A stretch of 64,000 nt of DNA from Ramazzottius varieornatus (lineage: Eukaryota > Animalia > Tardigrada), in assembly GCA_001949185.1 (NCBI GenBank), contig BDGG01000002.1:3035826-3099825 (forward strand), given 5' to 3'. Under the pieces are notes generated by a model, which was not told where the DNA came from, searched no databases, and saw only the letters and a program-made list of their open reading frames with translations. Positions 51,059 to 62,873 of the stretch are shown here, one piece after another; the stretch's first letter is position 1; every line of letters begins with the position of its first letter. Position numbers and translations under genes: made by a program.

Positions 51059-51817
51059 GTGAAGCGGAGGGTCTCGCGAAGTTCAGCGCTTCCTCGCCGC
51101 ACTTTCGCTCCCTGAGCTGGCTCCGTCGAAGAACGTGGAAAGTTGAGGGACCATTTTCGTGATAGATCCCGTCCGACAGAATTACTTAACGAGGGTGCGC
51201 TTGCCATGTCCTGCAAGGTAAAACAGCGTCAGCCAATGTCTGGAGGCATGCACATACCACGAACGAGCACTGATGAAACACGCCTCCTTTATCACAACTT
51301 TCAGGTGATCGTCTTCAACTTCAAATACCTTCAGGAGAGAAAAGGAGCATCTGCAAACGAACTAGCGTTAATTAAGAGAACCACCGGAAGTGCTAATCAG
51401 CTTGCTTCGCGTATCAGTACCATCCAGCGCTCGATGTCCAGTTTCGGTCCCTCGCCCTAGTGCTGACGTACAGACAAGTATTTCTCCAAACAATCTGAAT
51501 TCACCGACTTGGGGAAGAAATTAACGACGGTGGAAGTCCACGGGAGAATCACACCGGACCGGATCAAAACGCACTGTAAGTACGTCAGATGATCACCACT
51601 TCCGGTTGGTAACCAATCAAGAACCAATCAAAAGCCCTTCATCCGGAACAATCAAAAATCAAGCGCCCTGCACTCAAAAATCAACAATGAAAAGCCCGGT
51701 GAGGTTCCCCTGTTGTCAGCTTCTGAATTGAAAGGTGTTTCAGGATTAAGCACTTTACTTCCTTTATCCTGTTTGAACCAAGCCAGAAGGCGTCGAGCCA
51801 GAAAAACAGAATACAAC

Positions 51818-52761
51818 TCAAACATCCGCAACATGGCTGTACACAAAATCTAGTACACTAAAGTAGGTTTCAATGCCATGATTTCCGTCATCCAGAATCG
51901 GGTTAACAGATTGTACCAGCAACGCATAGCTGTCAGCAGAAATCGGACATTTCATTACTGGAACTTCAACATGAGGGTTATCCAGCTCTTGATCGTCTTG
52001 ATCTTCCGCAGACGGTCCCTCGAAATCCACACCGTACTGTTCCAGATTCTGCACATCGATGTCCATCCCTCTGACGCCGTTGGTTATCATTCCCGCAACG
52101 AAGACTTGTCTCGGCGACTCGGCTCCTTGCGTTCTCAAGCCGTGGCAATTCTAGCTGTAAAAGAACTTAATTTTAGGAATATACGCCATAAACTTAAGCA
52201 AACTGGCAGAATCAAGGATACCTCTCGAGAAACTCTTTCAGGCCTTGTTTAATTCGTGGAAGGAAGACGTACTGCAAACTGAAAACCTGCAAAGAGTTCT
52301 TCGCGTCCAAATAACCTTCGTTTTCTCGTCGGATAAATAGACTACGGTACTGATTTGAGACGACTCTTGTTACATCTCTCCAGAGACGTTTAATTCGCTG
52401 GTTATCTACAGACTTCCCTGCAATGAAACTGCCACGGTTCAAACCACGCAAGGCCCACATCATACGCGCCTATGGCACCATTCACTTCCACAACCGCTAC
52501 TGGATGATCCACGTCTTCTGGGAAAGCTTGAAGAGCGGTCTCGACGCGATCAAGTGGTTCCGAAGCCCTTTCAGCAATTCTTTCAGCCACGACCGCATCA
52601 ACGTTGATTTGGATGACGGGAACGATTTCTCCAATACGCTGAAGCCGATCAACCTCGAGTAGCATTCCATCTTCGTCATTTGCAGATGTCATCAAGATCC
52701 GCACTGCCCTGTCGAAAGTCTGCTGAGCGAACGAAATAAGATCCTCAAACTGATTCTCCAT
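51818..52761 (-). pseudogene. IS3-like eukaryotic DDE integrase-core transposase, internally deleted
   Basis: RGLNRGSFIAGKSVDNQRIKRLWRDV...LF...E.EGYLD...LQYVFLPRI, LRTQGAESPRQ, YGVDFEGP, NPILDDGNHGI. The N-terminal exon jumps directly into the core, so the first two acidic catalytic motifs are missing. Confidence 0.85.
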
Positions 52762-53698
52762 CTTCAAGAGACGGTAGCCCAAGAAGACATATTTGAAATC
52801 ACTTCGAACAGAAACGGAAAACGTTCTCGTACTCATTATTTGCGGCGCAGCACTGCCTTATCCTCTGCCGCTGGAATTTTACTACGCTCCGAAGAACAGT
52901 ATCCGCCATCCCGTGTGATTATGACGTTCCTGTTCAAGCGGCGGTATAGCACACCGAAGGACAAATTCTGTACCGCACTTCTGCCCGCGGAGTAACACAT
53001 TTCTCCGCGCATCCACCCGCGGACAAAGTCAGTTTGTCCGCGCATACACCCGCGGACTCATACATTTCTCCGCGCATCCATGCGCGGAAAAAGGGGTGTA
53101 CGCGCGGTGAAACTCTTGTCGTTCGATAGTATTTCAACACGCGCATATGGACACTCGCTCAATGGGAAGTATGGAACCCGTCCATCTACTGTATGCCAGC
53201 GTTATGGTGGATGCGAAGCCAGAGCTGCATTTTGAAATCAGGTTTTGCGGTACTTTCGGTATTTTTTCTAGACAGTACTTTACCGGTGGTATTACCCGTG
53301 AATCTTGCCGAATAACGATACTTTACCTGCGAGGCGGGCCGAAATACTTTACTTTGCTAAGTATGGACCAGACAGTACTTGTTCAACACTGGTCAGAGTG
53401 AAACAATACTATCTCCAGTGTGTTCACTGCAATACAGGCTTCTGTACAGGCTCGTTGGATACACTGGAGAAGTCCATCCCTACAATCAAGCATAGAAAGA
53501 CAAGCTAGATTTTGATTGTTGCTCGGGGAGTATTTTTTCTGTTGATCGTGATTTAGCTCTTGATTGACTAAGGAGAAATTTTAGAACGAGATCCGCCGCT
53601 GAATTTGGACACCATTGGTTGACTGGAAATTTTGTGCCAACACCCACTTCTGATGAGGTGAACACACTAGAGGCAGTATTGTTTCACTCTGCCTCAGT

Positions 53699-54118
53699 TA
53701 ATAATGAGCATTACATTTTACATTACACTACATTTTACATTACAATCACACCTTTACACGACATTACAACCGCCGGGAAGTTGTAATGCAAATGCAAAAT
53801 TTAATTACACGTTTTACAAGCCGAAAATCTGTGGTATGTTTGAGCGTTTTGCCGCGAAAAATCTAAACCCGGCTGATGTACGTGGGACAATTGTGAAAAA
53901 CTTCGTCAATATGGCCATTTTGTAAGCTTATGTCTATTGCAACCCGTATTTTTATTTTAGTCTGACATTTTATATGCTCCATATCTTTTTTATACGTTAT
54001 GAACTACTCGGTTTGAAAAATGTAAACTGGTGTAAAGTGTAATTACAATTTTACAATTACACCATTTTACATTACAATTTACATTACACGGACCGTCTGC
54101 GTGTAATGCTCATCACTA
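53699..54118. mobile_element. hAT-type MITE
   Basis: TIR TA.T.ATGAGCATTACA; 8-bp TSD GCCTCAGT at 53691-53698 and 54119-54126; ATTAC subterminal repeats. Confidence 0.9.
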
Positions 54119-56330
54119 GCCTCAGTGCCTCAATGACTCATACGCACAGCCACGACTTTTGCGTGGCGCGGTAAGGCATTGCCGTCATACTGAACGAAAT
54201 AACGTCTTTGACTTCTGATGGTTGATTGCGAGGCTTGATTCATCTGTTCGTCACAAGGTCAACAGCTGATTTCGAATCCTTAGCTCAAATCCCTCATCTA
54301 TTTTTGTCAGTACCGTTTGCTGGATTCACGGAGTCTTACGGAGGCTAGTCTGGATCGGAGAGGAACGACCTCTCCAGAGTTCAGAGCATCCTATTCTGGA
54401 AATCGCTATGTAGCTAATTTCGCATACGGTACTTGACCGACAGATGTTGATTGTCGATCACGGCGTAACCCGCCAAGGCGGAGCTCATACTGTCAAAAAG
54501 GGGGCAGTCCCGGAAAAGTCTAGGCTGTGCTCACACGTCAGTGCTTCCTTCCCTCAGACGAAAGTCCCAGCTGTACTCATAGGACGTTCAGGGCGCTCGT
54601 ACCAACTTGTTACCACTCATTAAGTCATGGGTTTCTCGACTGGATCATTGCTGAACTTTCAAACTAGTTCTTCCTGGTCTGACATCCTGTTTGCAACCAC
54701 GAGGAAATTACCGAGCAGAAATTTTTTCAGGAAGAATCCAGCTGGAGGAGGAGAGAAGCCAAAAGTCCATCGACTTTCGCAGTTTTTGGGGTCGTTTTCA
54801 AAAATAGTTTTCCGTTTTCCGCTGAAGTCGTGCGGTACTGCGATCAAGAATAATCAGACCACGAACTGGGTTGCTCGAGAAGTGGTCAAAACCATAAATT
54901 CGACGATCATGTCAAAAGTGGGAATTCGCAGAGTACGGTTTCCCGGCAAAACGGCCGAATTTGCTGTTTAAAATTCATTCTAAGTGTGGGCATAAGAAAT
55001 TTTACGGATTCCGGAAGCGAGTCTCGTCAGATATTGTGATTGGTGGTGCAGGTATCACCGAGACTTTTTAACCCAAGATACATATCGAGCCCGATTACTG
55101 TAAACTTCCTCCGAGATTTCATCCTCCCGGGTTTTCTGTATCAATCCCTGGATTTGTCCATCTCGGGATATGCATAGCGCGGGATTAGGTACACCCGGGA
55201 TTCCACCCCGGGATTTTGTAATGGAAGGAATAATTCTCTCCACCAGCTTGAATGGCTGTATGGATAGTGTGGAAGAACAAGCGGAAAACAAGCAATCTGA
55301 ACAGGTGGTAGCAAATTGAGCGGATGCTAGTGAAAAAATGGTGACTTGGCAGACCGTTGAGTTAAAAGTGGAAAGGGCGAAGTTCGATGCCAATAGAAAA
55401 TGGCGATTTGCACCATGCACCCTTTCGTCTCACATTGTCGATCCCATGGAAAAATTTCCCCTTTGGATTCCACCGCAATCCCACATTACCGACGTTTGCC
55501 GCTTCCAGGTTATAATTCAGGCAGGAAACAATATGGGACCAGATGATCCCACATTGGTTCACTTCTAAATACGCACTGAAAGGTAAAGGTGGATTGCAGC
55601 GTAAGGATGAGGGACGATCCCACATTGGTACTGCAATGCAGCCTACGGCGGTCCGGCGATGAGACAACATCAAAGAACTTTTGAGTAAGGTACCAATAGC
55701 TAACGCAAAAACCTATCTGGTAGAGCTTTTGATCCATACCCCGATCACTTTCGAACCTTTTTCTTGAACGCATATTACTCAAGTTCATATCCATAACGGA
55801 AGATTACTGATTTCCTGGGTAAAGACCTCTCGGTTGCAGAGGTGGAACGGCTCTGGTCGACATGGTCCAACCCGTTCAGGATTCGGGGTATAACTACAGT
55901 AATACCGTTAGCCTGACCGCACTGTTTCTATTGCTGACGTACCATTGTCTGCCTGTTGTTATAAACCACCGAAACATGACTGCGCACTATTAAAACCGAG
56001 GATCAATCAAACAGACCACAAGCCTGCAACAATAAAAAAAATTTAATGATATCAGATGATGGAAAATGAATACACCGATCAGGCAACCGATAGAAAAATA
56101 CACCAAAAGTACACCTGAGAATCTCACTCAAAAATAACCTAAGCAAAAACGACCAACAAGATCGGACTGGAGCGTAAGTTGGACAACAAGAGAAGCTGGG
56201 TACTTCAAATTAATTTAAACAAATCAGGAATTCTAAAACAAGGTAAAGGTTCAAATGGCTCAGAAAGAGATATAAAAAATTGAAACGCTTGAATAAACAG
56301 TTGACTGAAACTGCCGGCTCTTTACAGGAA

Positions 56331-56860
56331 CTACGCTTTATTATCATCGTCGCTGCTGTCATCGAGAGACAGAATGCGTTTGCCGGTCTTCGGCAGTTTG
56401 ACGAAGCGACCGTCGGCGTTCAGCTTCAAGATTTCGATGACCCTCTCCATCTGTCCCTTGTCACCAGCCTTGGTCACGAACTTCAACTTTCGTTTCCGTT
56501 TGCGTGAACCTCCTTCCTCTTGTTTACCAATGTCCGATTCGGCATCGCCAGATTCCAGGAAGGATGACCTGGCGTATTGGGTCAGGTACTGGATCAGCAT
56601 GATGCGTTCGTTTGTAGTATTGATGAGCTTGTACTGGTTTCTTGTTTCTCGTCTCAACAGCTCAGTCATGTATCCATTCATGGCATTTAGGAACAGGGTC
56701 TTGTCAAGCTCGCACGACGCCATCTTGAATTCTTTCTCGAGAAAAACTGCAAATAAAGAACGGTGAGTCTCGTCGGACGGTTCGAACCAGTAGCAGAACC
56801 TTGCAAGCTTGCTGCTGGTATACGAGGTGGTAGTCGTGAAGAGTCCGCTTGTTGCGCGCA
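56331..56860 (-). CDS. Unknown ORF (3' part) between the CAATRTGGGA arrays; runs into an N gap
   Basis: About 175 open codons with protein-like composition and a basic NLS-like RKRKRKLK; no family recognised. Confidence 0.45.
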
Positions 56861-56982
56861 GNNNNNNNNNNNNNNNNNNNNNNNNNNNNNNNNNNNNNNN
56901 NNNNNNNNNNNAACAAGCGAACTGTTCAAATGGCTTAGGACTGTGGGTCCAACGTGGGGGCCTGTAGTCATACCATGTTATC

Positions 56983-57400
56983 CAATGTGGGATGCATGAC
57001 GTCATGTACAACAGGTAGCAGCACTGTATACTGGGTCCCCCGTTGTTGTTAATGAGAGATATTAGGCTGCGGATCTCAAAAAGCTTCCAATGTGGGACTC
57101 GTGACGTAGTGACATGGGCGTTGTCAGTTAGGCATGGGACTAACAGGGTTTCAATGGGGATCTGGTGAGGCTGAGAGTACTTTGAAAATCAATATGGAAA
57201 CTCTGACGTCATCAAATCGGGTCACCGAAAGTAATATGGGATTTACAGCGCAACAATAAGAGTTGAAATCAATATGAGATAAGACTGCAAAGGATACATG
57301 CGGAAGAATATTCAATATGGAATGTCAAAGTGACTAATACGGTCGCAAGGTGGCGGGAAATCAATGTGGGATCGCTGGACGGCATGCTGCTCCCACATTG
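56983..57400 (+). repeat. Dispersed array of CAATRTGGGA motifs; inverted copies at 55478-55630
   Basis: At least 8 variants, many about 40 bp apart; TCCCACATT copies at ~55480, 55547 and 55618. Confidence 0.65.
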
Positions 57401-57714
57401 ACGTCCACGCTACTGCCACTGTATCCAGGTCCGACGTTTCCATGGGATTTCGAGACCGGAATCAGCTGATAGTTTGATCCTATCACGATTGCACGTTCCG
57501 ACGTCACTTTCTGGCCCTTGTGATCTGCTTAGTCGCTATTTTCTATTGGCATCCACTCAACTGGTGCGAGTGCCCTTTCAATTCAGATCAGAATGCCTGT
57601 GTGCTTAAATAACAGATTAATCCCCAGGAAACTTTCGACAAGCGGCAGCTCGGGCCATCTACCACATCCTAGAGCTACGAGTACGCAGAAGCTAAATTCA
57701 TGGCATATTCAGTA

Positions 57715-57885
57715 CACGCAAGACGAGAAATTATGGTACGGTAAAAATTATGGGACAGGCGGAAAGGACGGCAAAATGGAAATTCGACCGTAGAAAAGTG
57801 TCGAAAAATGTGTTACTGTGGATCGGTCACGTACGTGCTTCCGTACCGCCGTAGCGAGAAGGCCTGTCCCATAATTTTTACTGTA
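57715..57885. mobile_element. MITE, same family as 19828-20026, right end truncated
   Basis: TA-CACGCAAGACGAGAAATTATGG..AAAAATTATGGGACAGGC ... GCCTGTCCCATAATTTTTAC. Confidence 0.75.
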
Positions 57886-60415
57886 CAGTCTAACTCGTCT
57901 GCAACCGATACGTTCAAGTCCGTCCACCGACAAGGGGACTATGCTTGTCCCCATCTCTCACTGACCAATATGTACCGAACATACGACAGGAAAAGTTTCT
58001 TCTACGTACCAGGAAGCTAAATCCACCGACGGTCTTGGAGTAAACTATACCACTCGGAAGTGACGTGAAACAATGCGAAACCGACACAATTAGCTCAATC
58101 AACCATCATGTTTACCGTCTGGAAGCTTAGTTTGCAACACTTCCGAGTCAGCGGCAACAAACAGTGGAGCAGGTGTGTTCATAAACACGTCTACGAGGTA
58201 AACGACATAATTCGGGCCAGGGGTTTTTCATTCGTAATTCGGGCATATTTTTTCTCAGCTCCTGCTGCGCGTAATGAACCGCTTCTTGTTTCCTGAGGTA
58301 GACTGATCCCCCAACTTCGATCTGTTTTCTTATTGCAAAGTGCGCCATTGCCAAACTACCGAGCAGGTCCAAAGTTCGGGGCCATTGATGCGTTCTCGTC
58401 ATAATTGTTACGTTTCGGACCTCTTGATTGGCCAACATGAATCTCTCTGTAGGCAAGCCGTTCTACTACATTCCGATCGAAAACTCGACGAAATCGGACC
58501 TTTCATACAACGGGCATGGGGTTTTCGCAGCATGTGGGATTTGGGAATTCAGTCCCGACGACGTTGATACTTCGCGATAACCCACAAGCGTTGATAGCAT
58601 TTCATCAGAGTTGATCAGCGAAATTGAAATCGCAGTAACTTGCTCAGTCTGGCTTTATCCTTGGAAAGGGCTTCCCTCACCAACGACACCACTGATCGGC
58701 TCACCACACTACCGCAGTTATTTGCAACATCCCCAAGGGGCTCCTCTCACCCCTGCCATTCAGATTTGTGACACCATCTACGGCACATCGCACGACCTTT
58801 TAGAATTTTATTTCCGTTGGTGGTGACCCAGACGCCACCAAGAACAATATTGAACAGTTACGCTCATGGGTCATGGGTACCTATGGCCGTACTTTGCTTC
58901 TTTGTATCTGATGAACCCGTAGTCCAATCTCCGTGATCCAAAAGTATCTCATAGGAAAGCACTGAACTTCTCGATCACGTGACGGTCCACTCAACCATTC
59001 AAACAATCAACCAGTGAGGACGAGCGGGCGGACAAGCAAATAAGGGTCATATTTGGCTGCTTGCCTCTCGTCGCGTGAAAGGTTTATTGTAAAGTCTAAA
59101 CAGCCAAAATGTAGCTTGCACAATGGCCTGTCTGCCGCGTTAGAGACAACGTTTCCTGCAAAACTGTATGAGCTGAATTGAAATATTATGTTCTCAAGAG
59201 TAACAAACGGAGAACCATCAAAAAGTTGATAGATCACCGCTCCTATTGACCGAATGTCAGAGAAGCCTGTTGTGCCCAGTCTTCCTACTCGCACATAAGG
59301 CCTGCTCGCTCGGTGTGCCTTACTTCGCCATTCTGCCCGATCAGCACACTAGCTCATCCGCTGGCGCCTGGGATCCTTTGACAAGGTACAAGGCAGGTAG
59401 TTGTTGAAAACGTACGAGGTAACCGGCATGGAGATTTCAACTCGAAAAATCCAGCGTGGAGATTACAGCGCAACATTGTTTTCTATGCTTGATTGTCTGA
59501 TCTTAATACACCTCATAGGCTCTTCAACATTGCGCGACACCTATGTCACTTTTAAAGATCACATCTCACCAATGTGGCTTCTGTTCTGTCTCATGAAAGT
59601 CCGAAAAGGATGGGAACAAGTTTTTCTTAATTTAGACACCAGTTGCCGGATTGACCAGGTGGATACATGGGTACTTCAAATGCAGAATACCTTTATTCCA
59701 CGAATAAGGGTCCTGTACTGGTGTCGTGTGTATGAGTATGACTGGAAGGCTTGTGCTGTAAACATAGATATTTCTACAAGGACCACCGCAGTGTTGTTTT
59801 TGTTTGGCTCAACGTAGAGTGTGATCATATTAATGCATGTTTGTCGTCCTCGTCAAACAGGCACATGAAGGTCTAAACGTACACGACTGTGTCAGATGAT
59901 TAGACTTGATATTATAAGCAGTCAAGCTGTACATCTATGTTGATACTCCCGATCAATAAACGCGGAATTTTTTCCCTTATACGGCTTCAAATTCTAATTT
60001 CTCCGGTACATCGAATTTACGGGAAAACTATTACTTTGGTGGTGTTACGTAGCTCGCATTAACGGCAACTTCCGCTAGCTAAAAATGTGAGCCTACCGGT
60101 CGGCGCGCTTAATAATCAGATAATTAAACTGAATTGTAAAACATTTCTTAGCGCGCAGCGAGCATTCTTCCTGTTCGTCATTGTTGTAAAACTCATCCAA
60201 CTGCATCGAATATCCGCCATTAAAGTCGTCCGATACAGCATGACTTGCGCAACTTTCTCTACTAAAGTCACAATGCATTACAAACTTCTCACTTTCACTC
60301 CGCACGTTCTTCGAAGCAAGATAAGTCTGGTGTTTTCTTTTAGACTTCGTGTCTAAGTCCGAAAAAGGTTGTCCTGTTTTTATACCACAAATACGAATAT
60401 TCAAACTCCCGTCAG

Positions 60416-62026
60416 ATGATGCGTACAGTGTGGTCCCTCTTCCTGACGGCTGCGTTGACCATCTCCAGTTCGCTTCAACAAGATTCATACGGTCCTGTCC
60501 GTCGCGGTACAACGCGTACCACCACGCCGTCATACGCCGACTACGGAGATTACAGCGACTACGTCACGGATTCGCCCTATCGTTTCACCACACGATCTCC
60601 GTACGCATCTAACAGGAGCAGCAACCGCAACCGAAACAGGAGCAACGGTAACACAAACTCAGTCTATTCAGACTCTAACTCGAACCGCTACAATGATAAC
60701 TACGACACGGTCAACTCAAATTACAACACCAACCGCGACGCCAACTATCGCGACCAACAACGACAGCAGTACGGAGAGTCCTTTCAATATGGTCAAGCCA
60801 ACGCTAACATCAACAGCAATCGTCGCCGTCAGACGAACTCTCAACGGACTAGTACTCCTGGGTATCAGGACTACTCTGACTATGACACTTACACGAACTC
60901 TATCAACGACGATACCACCTTCGGGAACAACGTCAACGGTAACCGACGGACATCGAGCTTCAACCAGCAGCAGCAGTATAACCGACGTAACTCAAACGCA
61001 CAATCATCACGAGGAAATTCTTGGTCTGGGGCTGGGTCGAATGGGGTTTCTAATTTATGGACCAACGCCGACGGACAAGGAAGTTGGAGCGGCGACTCTA
61101 ATAACAACCGGTGGAACAGCAACGCAAATTCTGGCCGGAATAACAACCGCCTCAGAGCCAGCGGAAACACCTACGGTTCATCACAGTCCTACAGCGGTAA
61201 CAACCTGAGTGGATACGGCAATGGTACATCATCGCATAACACCAACTGGAGCAACCTCTTCGGTACAAGCAGCGGCAGCGCCTATTCGTCGGGTCGTAAC
61301 AACAGCGGACTGTGGTCGAGTTCTTCGTCGGGGAATCAGGTCTTTCCGGGAAGCGGCTACCGGCCTGGGTCGTCGTCGCTACAGGGCCAGCAAGGCGATG
61401 CGGTCTGGCAGTCCGCCATCGAGGTGATGAGGGGAAATCGAGGGGCAGTTGGAGCCAGCGAGATTTCGTCCACCCTGGAGAACGCTGTGCCCGGAAGGGA
61501 CTACCCAACGCTAAGTGTCATTCCGCCCACGACGAGCTTTCGCTGTGACGACAGAAAGCAGCCTGGGTTCTACGCGGATCCCGAGCAGCGCTGCCAAGGT
61601 TTGTACTGGATGTAATTCATGGTCATATCGTGCATCGGAGCAACTACCTTCTCCTTCTATTTTAGTGTTCCGCCGGTGTGACGTCAACGGGAACATGTAC
61701 AGTTTCCTCTGTCCCAATATGACGGTACAAAATTTCACGTTCTTCGTGGCTCAAACAAGGGATACTCCGAACACAGATCGTGACTATGTTGTGTTTCTTT
61801 TCCCAGCTGTTCAACCAAGTCACGTTGACGTGCGACTGGTTTTACAACGTGGACTGCAACTCGTAAGTGAAGCCCTCGAGGCTGCTTGTTTCCCCTAAAA
61901 ACAACCATTTTTAGCTTGTGCTCGGACATGAGGTAGGATCATATCTTTTTTTATAGGGCTGTTCAGTTTTACGATCTGGCGAACAGTCGGCTATACAATG
62001 AAAATCTGCCACTGCTGGGCAATTGA
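60416..62026 (+). CDS. Secreted protein: long N/S/G/R/Y low-complexity region plus C-terminal chitin-binding type-2 (CBM14/peritrophin-A) domain, 4 exons
   Basis: Signal MMRTVWSLFLTAALTISSS; exons 60416-61598, 61666-61724, 61807-61862 and 61957-62026 give PGRDYPT..IP.TSFRC....PGFYADPEQRCQVFRRC...SFLCPNMTLFNQVTLTCDWFYNVDC. Confidence 0.92.
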
Positions 62027-62177
62027 TCGCACCCGGAAGGAGGAGTAGATAGAGTCGATCGATACTGACAAACCTCAACAACCTTAGTACAGCTGATCGG
62101 TACTTTTATCTTTTAATGACATAATCTTTTTGGTGGATGCGGAATTGTGGACCATGCGATACACAGTACATTCTGTA

Positions 62178-62341
62178 CACGCGCCTGGCCTAAATGTGGG
62201 GATGGACAAAAATGTGGGGAACGGCGCGAAAGCGGCACGAGTGAGCTGAGGTTGACCAATCAATTAAATCAATCGGAGCACAGCCGCTTTCGCTCCGTTC
62301 CCCACATTTTTGTCCATCCCCACATTTGGGTCAGGCGCGTG
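62178..62341. mobile_element. Tc1/mariner-type MITE
   Basis: ~55-bp TIR CACGCGCCTG.CC.AAATGTGGGGATGGACAAAAATGTGGGGAACGG; TA on both flanks. Confidence 0.88.
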
Positions 62342-62873
62342 TACCCCTTCAAATTTGAACTAACCGTGCACTGTTAATTCAAAAGGCGGATTGAGTGTCT
62401 AGCCCGGACAGGTGGTGCAAAAGTGTCAGATCTATCAATAGTGTCAGGAAACGAGTTCATCGCAGATAATAGGTTCGTAAGTATGACAAACACAGGCAGA
62501 CTAGTAAGAGCGTGCAAGGGGAAATGAAAAACCATAGACATGCAAAAGTGTCCGCTTGTCGGTCCATCGTCCTTCGATTCTTGCTTGATTGGGGAGTCAC
62601 CTGATTTTTAACCCCTAAGGTCGATACGCTCCAAGCAATACCGTCACTGAGCAGCTGGCTCCATCTAAATCTAATTACTTATTCATACGAAGGTTGAGAG
62701 GCCATAGCGTTTACCTTTACCTTCGCCTTTACCGGAAGCTCGAGTAGGTCTTTGGCGGGCATGGATTGCTTAGGCGCTACCGGCGTTAAATCCCAGCTGG
62801 TTAAGCACCTTCGGTTATTGGCTGTCGTTCATTAGTTGAATGCAAAAGAGCCGAACTTCGCTAAACTTCGACA

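Larger units (their letters stand above)
41851..53147. mobile_element. Large composite DNA transposon candidate: CCGCG-rich long inverted repeats, HECT-like gene and IS3-like integrase
   Basis: 41890-42090 is the reverse complement of 52945-53147 (e.g. TCCGCGGGTGGATGCGCGGAGAAATGTGTTACTCCGCGGGCAGAAGTGC is exact). The two genes start just inside each repeat and point inward. Exact termini and TSD not resolved. Confidence 0.75.

Noticed and set aside
46551-52761. IS1595-like and IS3-like genes as bacterial contamination or recent HGT
   Set aside because: Both carry spliceosomal GT-AG introns and sit among eukaryotic genes; eukaryotic superfamilies of these types exist.
53305-53508. LQCVHC motif as the missing 5' part of the Ly6-like gene
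   Set aside because: It is on the wrong strand and has no signal peptide or splice support.
47492-56911. Two runs of 50 N
   Set aside because: These are scaffold gap placeholders, not biology; ORF frames across them are unreliable.
56983-57400. Periodic short repeats resembling a CRISPR array
   Set aside because: Repeats are only ~10 bp and degenerate with irregular spacing, there are no cas genes, and the context is eukaryotic.
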